Source: Candidatus Enterousia sp. | Lineage (GTDB): Bacteria; Pseudomonadota; Alphaproteobacteria; Rs-D84 | Reading direction: 5' to 3' | Assembly (NCBI GenBank): GCA_045648945.1 | Contig: JAZROX010000011.1 | Coordinates: 4,679 to 68,678, forward strand | DNA: 64,000 nucleotides | In this document: positions 59,416-64,000 of the stretch, one piece after another | Position numbering within the stretch: position 1 is the first letter of the stretch | Layout: each line of letters begins with the position of its first letter | Made by a program: the position numbers and the translations under genes | The notes under the pieces: generated by a model | The model's database searches: none | Told to the model about the DNA's origin: nothing | The model's input: the letters and a program-made list of their open reading frames with translations, nothing else

Positions 59416-60075
59416 ATGGTTGACATTATTATATCTGGGGAAGCGGGAAAATTACACGCGGTATATCATAAATCTTTGACCGAGGGCGCGCCTTTGGCGG
59501 TGGTGTTGTCGGGCAATCCGCGGCAAAAGCATCATATGAACGATAGGATTTCTTATGCGATGTTCCGGGCGTTTATGGATATCGGGTTTTCCGTTGTGCG
59601 GTTTAACTATCGTGGCGTTGGTGATTCCGAAGGTGCGCTGGGGACGACGGCGGATAATATGCTGGATATTGCCACGGTCATAGATTGGATACAAAATCAC
59701 AACGAAGATAGCGATAAAATATGGCTGGCGGGGCATCAATTGGGTGCGTGGTATGTTCTGCAAACGCTTATGCGTCGGCCCGAGGTTTCTGGTTTCGCCC
59801 TGGTATCGCCGGACGCATCGATGTCAGATTTTGCATTTTTATCGCCGCGGCCGAATCGCGGACTGTTATTACAGGGCGCCGAAGAATCCGAAGATGCCAA
59901 GGCGTTTTCGACACATTTAACCCAGGTCTTGAAAAAACAGGCACAGATTAGTTTAGAGACTATACGTATCAAAGGCGCAAATGAAACGTATGCCACGCCC
60001 GCGGATTTGCGGCAATTCTATAATGACCTTAAGGCATATGTTGGTCGTGAAAATGCGGATACGAAATTGTTGTAA
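59416..60075 (+). CDS. alpha/beta-hydrolase-fold protein, catalytic residues degenerate
   Basis: [17 protein letters not shown] and MRRPE motifs of the conserved alphaproteobacterial family; nucleophile elbow reads GHQLG. Confidence 0.82.
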   Translation: MVDIIISGEAGKLHAVYHKSLTEGAPLAVVLSGNPRQKHHMNDRISYAMFRAFMDIGFSVVRFNYRGVGDSEGALGTTADNMLDIATVIDWIQNHNEDSDKIWLAGHQLGAWYVLQTLMRRPEVSGFALVSPDASMSDFAFLSPRPNRGLLLQGAEESEDAKAFSTHLTQVLKKQAQISLETIRIKGANETYATPADLRQFYNDLKAYVGRENADTKLL

Positions 60076-60091
60076 TAAATTGGATATAGAG

Positions 60092-61081
60092 ATGGAAAAC
60101 GCAAACAGATTTATGGACCCAAATATTCCGGATGAAATGGCGGCGACAATTCGCCCAAAAACACTTGGTGATTTTATTGGTCACGATGCGTTAAAGCAGA
60201 ATTTGTCGGTCTTTATATCCGGTGCGCGTGCGCGTGGCGAACCGATGGACCATGTTTTGTTATATGGGCCGCCGGGGTTGGGAAAAACCACGTTGGCGCA
60301 TATTGTTGCAAATGAATTGGGTGCAAATTTCCGGGCGACATCTGCGCCTATGTTGACCAAGCAAGGCGATTTGGCCGCGATATTGACTGCGCTGGAACCG
60401 ATGGATGTGCTGTTTATCGATGAAATTCACCGTTTACCAACCGCCATAGAAGAAGTTCTTTATTCTGCGATGGAAGATTTCAAATTGGATATTATGCTGG
60501 GCGAAGGACCCTCGGCAAAAAGTGTAAGAATCGACCTGCCCCCGTTTACGTTGGTGGGGGCGACGACCCGAACGGGGTTGCTGTCGAATCCTTTGCGGGA
60601 CCGGTTTGGAATTGATTTGCGGCTTAGTTTCTATCCGCCCGAAGATTTGGCAAAAATTATTCGCCGCAGTGCCGGTATATTGGGAACCGAAATTGATGCG
60701 GCGGGCGCGTTGGCGTTGGCGAAAAGTTCGCGCGGAACACCGCGTATCGCCAATCGATTGTTGAAACGTGCGCGCGATTTTGCCGCGGCAATGGGTTCCG
60801 GGATAATTACTGCGGACGTGATAAAGACCACGTTGGCACAGCTGCATATTGATGACAGTGGTTTGGACCAAATTGACCGCGAATATATAAATGCGATTAT
60901 ACGGCACTATGCGGGTGGGCCGGTTGGAATTGATAATTTGGCGGCGGCACTTTCCGAACCCGCCGACACGATTGAAGACGTAATTGAACCATACTTAATG
61001 CAATTGGGTTTGATTCAGCGTACGCCCCGTGGCCGTATTGTGACGGATGCGGGATATCGCCACATGGGATTGGAGAAATAA
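60092..61081 (+). CDS. ruvB: Holliday junction branch migration helicase RuvB
   Basis: [41 protein letters not shown]. Confidence 0.98.
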   Translation: MENANRFMDPNIPDEMAATIRPKTLGDFIGHDALKQNLSVFISGARARGEPMDHVLLYGPPGLGKTTLAHIVANELGANFRATSAPMLTKQGDLAAILTALEPMDVLFIDEIHRLPTAIEEVLYSAMEDFKLDIMLGEGPSAKSVRIDLPPFTLVGATTRTGLLSNPLRDRFGIDLRLSFYPPEDLAKIIRRSAGILGTEIDAAGALALAKSSRGTPRIANRLLKRARDFAAAMGSGIITADVIKTTLAQLHIDDSGLDQIDREYINAIIRHYAGGPVGIDNLAAALSEPADTIEDVIEPYLMQLGLIQRTPRGRIVTDAGYRHMGLEK

Positions 61082-61083
61082 TC

Positions 61084-61464
61084 ATGAAAAAACATACATT
61101 TAATTTTTCGGTTGCCTATGCCGACACCGATGCGGGTGGCATTATGTATCATGGGCGATATATAGAGATTGCGGAACGCGCGCGTATGGATTGGTTGGGG
61201 CAAAATGCGCGACCGAATCCGGCGGACGTCGGTTTGGTTATTCGTAATTTAAGTATTCAATATATTCGGCCGATGTTTTTGGCGGACAGGTTTGTCGTAG
61301 AAACCGTTGTAACCGGCGTTGGGGCGGCATCTGTGTCGGTTGAACAAAAATTCGTGAAAAATGATGAAATTTGTGCTATACTTACCGGGACGGCGGCGTA
61401 TCTGAATGCGGACGGGCGTCCGACACGTATGCCCGATATTTTGGTGCGCGCCTTGGAAAATTAG
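61084..61464 (+). CDS. ybgC: YbgC-like acyl-CoA thioesterase
   Basis: DTDAGGIMYHGRY...ERAR; located between ruvB and tolQ. Confidence 0.88.
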   Translation: MKKHTFNFSVAYADTDAGGIMYHGRYIEIAERARMDWLGQNARPNPADVGLVIRNLSIQYIRPMFLADRFVVETVVTGVGAASVSVEQKFVKNDEICAILTGTAAYLNADGRPTRMPDILVRALEN

Positions 61465-61483
61465 GAAAAAAAAAGGAATAAAA

Positions 61484-61924
61484 ATGAATGCGTTTTCTTT
61501 GTGGCGGTTGTTTACGACCGATGTTGTGACCGCGGTTGCCTCGATTGTTTTGGTGGTGCTTAGTGTTATGTCGTGGGCGGTGATTGTTGAAAAAATCCGC
61601 CTGTTTCATGGGGTTAAGCATAATAAAATAGTGGGCAATCCCGACGAAGCGATTCGGCCGTTTGATAAAAACCTGTGGTTTTTGGCGATGTGTGCGTATG
61701 TTTCGCCGTTCATAGGATTATTTGGAACGGTTTGGGGCGTTATGGATTCTTTTGCGTCAATTGGCGCGAACCAATCGGTCAGTATCGGCGTTATTGCGCC
61801 GGGTTTGGCGATCGCGTTGGGAACGACGGCATTGGGGTTGATTGTGGCGATACCTGCGGCAATCGCGCACCAGGTTTTCTCTAAACGGGCCGACGAATTA
61901 TATGAAAAAATCGGGGGAAAATAA
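61484..61924 (+). CDS. tolQ: TolQ (MotA/TolQ/ExbB family), shortened
   Basis: SPFIGLFGTVWGVM, IAPG.A.AL.TTALGL.VAIPA. Confidence 0.88.
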   Translation: MNAFSLWRLFTTDVVTAVASIVLVVLSVMSWAVIVEKIRLFHGVKHNKIVGNPDEAIRPFDKNLWFLAMCAYVSPFIGLFGTVWGVMDSFASIGANQSVSIGVIAPGLAIALGTTALGLIVAIPAAIAHQVFSKRADELYEKIGGK

Positions 61925-61925
61925 T

Positions 61926-62327
61926 ATGTCACGGCGCACACGCAGAATTTCGGATGCAGCGATATCTTTGACGCCAATGATTGACGTTATGACGGTGTTG
62001 TTGGCGGTCTTTATGGTGACTACGCCAATGATGACGAACGGTATAGATTTGGATTTGCCAAACGCCGGGACCACGGTTTTGACGGGAACGGACCACGCAA
62101 TGCAAATAAGTGTCGATTCGGCGGGGCGTTATTATATTGGTACGAACCAGTTACCGTTGGATGATGTTATTAAACGGGCGGTCGCAATGCGTGGGGAAAA
62201 TTCCCAATTGGCGATTATGATAAATGGCGACCGGCGTGCGGACTATGGCGCGGTTATGGCGGTTATGGGCAAATTAAAGGGCGCGGGATTTGAACGCGTG
62301 GGGCTGCGGACGAAATTGGATAAATAG
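61926..62327 (+). CDS. tolR: TolR (ExbD/TolR family)
   Basis: LTPMIDVMTVLL..FMVT.PM, GDRRADYG.VM. Confidence 0.9.
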   Translation: MSRRTRRISDAAISLTPMIDVMTVLLAVFMVTTPMMTNGIDLDLPNAGTTVLTGTDHAMQISVDSAGRYYIGTNQLPLDDVIKRAVAMRGENSQLAIMINGDRRADYGAVMAVMGKLKGAGFERVGLRTKLDK

Positions 62328-62329
62328 AA

Positions 62330-63079
62330 ATGGGAAAAATTAACCATTTTTTGGCGGAAAATTTTGGGTTTTCGATATTGGGGCACCTTGTTGTTTTGGG
62401 TGCGATTGTTTTATTGGCGGATGTCGTTTTTGATAAATTTGAACGCTTTGTCGCACCGGACCGGATTCAAATTACGATGATAGATTTGAACTCTGTGCGG
62501 GTTACGGGTGATGAAACGGTGCTTTATAATACAAATGTGAATGAACCGGACCGGACAAAGGTAAAGGAACCGGAAAACAAGAAAACCCCGGAACAAAATG
62601 CCGCGGCCGATAAACCGGAAGAATTGAAATCTACGACCCTGGTTTCAGACGCGGAAAGTAAAAAGGATGACGGGGCAAGCAAGGAAAAAAATCCGGACGA
62701 ATCCCCGGCCCAGAAAACCAAGACGGTTGTGCGTGTAAATCGCAATGTTGTGTCGTTGGATCGGACGTTGACCGTGTCGGTTGTTGACGCGTTGCGTGTG
62801 GCGATGACCCGTTGTTGGAATATCGATACGTCGCATCCGGGAATCGAAGGAATCCGTGCGGTTGCGCATTTGACAATGCGGCAAAATGGAACCGTATCCG
62901 AGATTTGGTTCGAATCGGCGGCGCGGGCCGAGACCGATTCGGCGTTTGCATATGTGTTGGAAACGATTCGGTCCGCCATAAATGTGTGCCAGCCTTTACG
63001 TATGTTGCCGGCGGGCGAATACGGCAAATGGCAAAAGATTCAATTGACATTTTATCCCACAACTGGGGCGGTGATGTAG
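62330..63079 (+). CDS. tolA: TolA-like energy transducer
   Basis: N-terminal TM with S...H motif (SILGH), charged linker, C-terminal RCWN...CQPL..LP...Y..W..I.LTF domain. Confidence 0.8.
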   Translation: MGKINHFLAENFGFSILGHLVVLGAIVLLADVVFDKFERFVAPDRIQITMIDLNSVRVTGDETVLYNTNVNEPDRTKVKEPENKKTPEQNAAADKPEELKSTTLVSDAESKKDDGASKEKNPDESPAQKTKTVVRVNRNVVSLDRTLTVSVVDALRVAMTRCWNIDTSHPGIEGIRAVAHLTMRQNGTVSEIWFESAARAETDSAFAYVLETIRSAINVCQPLRMLPAGEYGKWQKIQLTFYPTTGAVM

Positions 63080-63187
63080 AGTGGTTAGTGGATAGTGTTA
63101 GTGGTTAGTGCGGGCGCAGACGCGCCCGTTTTTTACTATCCCACCGGCTCCGCCGGTCCACCCCCTTCACAATGTGAAGGGGAATTT
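63080..63187 (+). repeat. TAGTG-type tandem repeat, terminator and REP-like double hairpin
   Basis: agtggttagtggatagtgttagtggttagtg; cgggcgc-agac-gcgcccg-tttttt; ctatcccaccggctccgccggt...ccccttcacaatgtgaagggg. Confidence 0.75.
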
Positions 63188-63219
63188 AAAACGCCCCCTT
63201 GCGGGGACGAATTGCCGTT

Positions 63220-63555
63220 ACAGTCGAATGATAAGCCGGATTCTGTTCCGCCCAAATTCCGTGTTGTTCCGGCGCGTTCAACACCAAACATTGGGTGGCA
63301 AGCATAATTAATCTGCACATCGTGTTACCACAAAGTGTCAAGCCTTCTACCCGCCCCCGATTCGGGACAAATCATTAGGGGCCTATTTGAAGTTGCTGCA
63401 CACAGAGATTGCCCGTTTCACTCAGGTCGAACCTGCTTCGTCACTGTTGCTCTAATCGTCAGATTGCTCTGCCCGGCCGTTAGCCGGTGTGTCGTCCCGT
63501 ACAGTCCGGACTTTCCTCCGCCACGGGGGGTGACGGCTATGCTTTGTTCGACTGT
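63220..63555 (-). ncRNA. rnpB: RNase P RNA (class A)
   Basis: GAGGAAAGTCCGG near the 5' end, ACAGAATCCGGCTTA near the 3' end, complementary termini acagtcgaa/ttcgactgt. Confidence 0.95.
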
Positions 63556-63694
63556 CGCGGCCATCATAACCACAAAAAAAATAAATGCAAGCAAGAAAAT
63601 TTTATTTTATATATAAAAAAATAAATTTTATCTGTTGACGCATTTGCGAGAATTTTCTATGCTGGGGATTAGGAAAGGAAGGATTGGAGATTTT

Positions 63695-64000
63695 ATGTCA
63701 GGTTTCTTGCGGAAAATCGGTATTTTTTTGATTGTTGGGATTGTTGCGTGTTTCGCGCATGTGGTTCCCGGCGTTGCCGAACAGGCGCAATACAGCTATA
63801 CCTTGGATGACCAGGGCGCCACAATCCCCAGTGTTCCCAGTACGGTGAATTATCCGGTTTCTGTGTTATCTTCATTGCCGTATAAACCGGGCTATGCCTA
63901 TGGTGGACATTATACCAGTACGGGTTGTTCCGGGACCCAGTCTATTGATCATACCGGTCATGTCCAAGGTGCGGTGCGTTCAACCACATTATATGCGTGT
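63695..64000 (+). CDS. secreted protein with an InlB B-repeat-like domain (5' part only; runs off the window)
   Basis: GGAGA RBS, signal peptide, LPYKPGYAYGGHY...GTQ.ID..G...TTLYA pattern; open to the window end. Confidence 0.65.
   Translation, partial: MSGFLRKIGIFLIVGIVACFAHVVPGVAEQAQYSYTLDDQGATIPSVPSTVNYPVSVLSSLPYKPGYAYGGHYTSTGCSGTQSIDHTGHVQGAVRSTTLYAC

Overview
A 64-kb chromosomal segment from a small-genome alphaproteobacterium. GcrA, LpxA/LpxB, Tol genes and alphaproteobacterial-type L13/Rho support this; the gene style suggests a host-associated Rs-D84/'Ca. Enterousia'-like lineage, which is inference. Housekeeping genes (gcrA, ssb, rho, lpxB, lpxA, rpiB, leuS, rplM, rpsI, hisS, prfA, tig, tatD, tcdA, argS, an EnvZ/OmpR-like pair, ruvB-ybgC-tolQRA, five tRNAs, RNase P RNA) are interleaved with many orphan secreted, Cys-rich or repeat proteins. 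Main observations: (1) A ~200-nt structured 5' leader RNA occurs in four copies, each with its own promoter, covarying long-range stems and competing antiterminator/terminator hairpins. Three copies precede members of a mosaic four-member adhesin-like family, and one precedes a Cys-rich surface protein. (2) A complete 7,179-bp IS1595-family transposon (22-bp perfect terminal inverted repeats, 8-bp target duplication) carries two different transposases, a serine resolvase and unknown cargo. (3) An orphan overlapping spanin-like gene pair and a secreted GH108-like muramidase sit outside any prophage. (4) A dif-like site is mirrored into a fold-back palindrome with local duplications. (5) A leaderless His-His leader peptide lies ahead of hisS. 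(6) Several families of short intergenic repeats are present. All calls come from reading the sequence; no database search was run.
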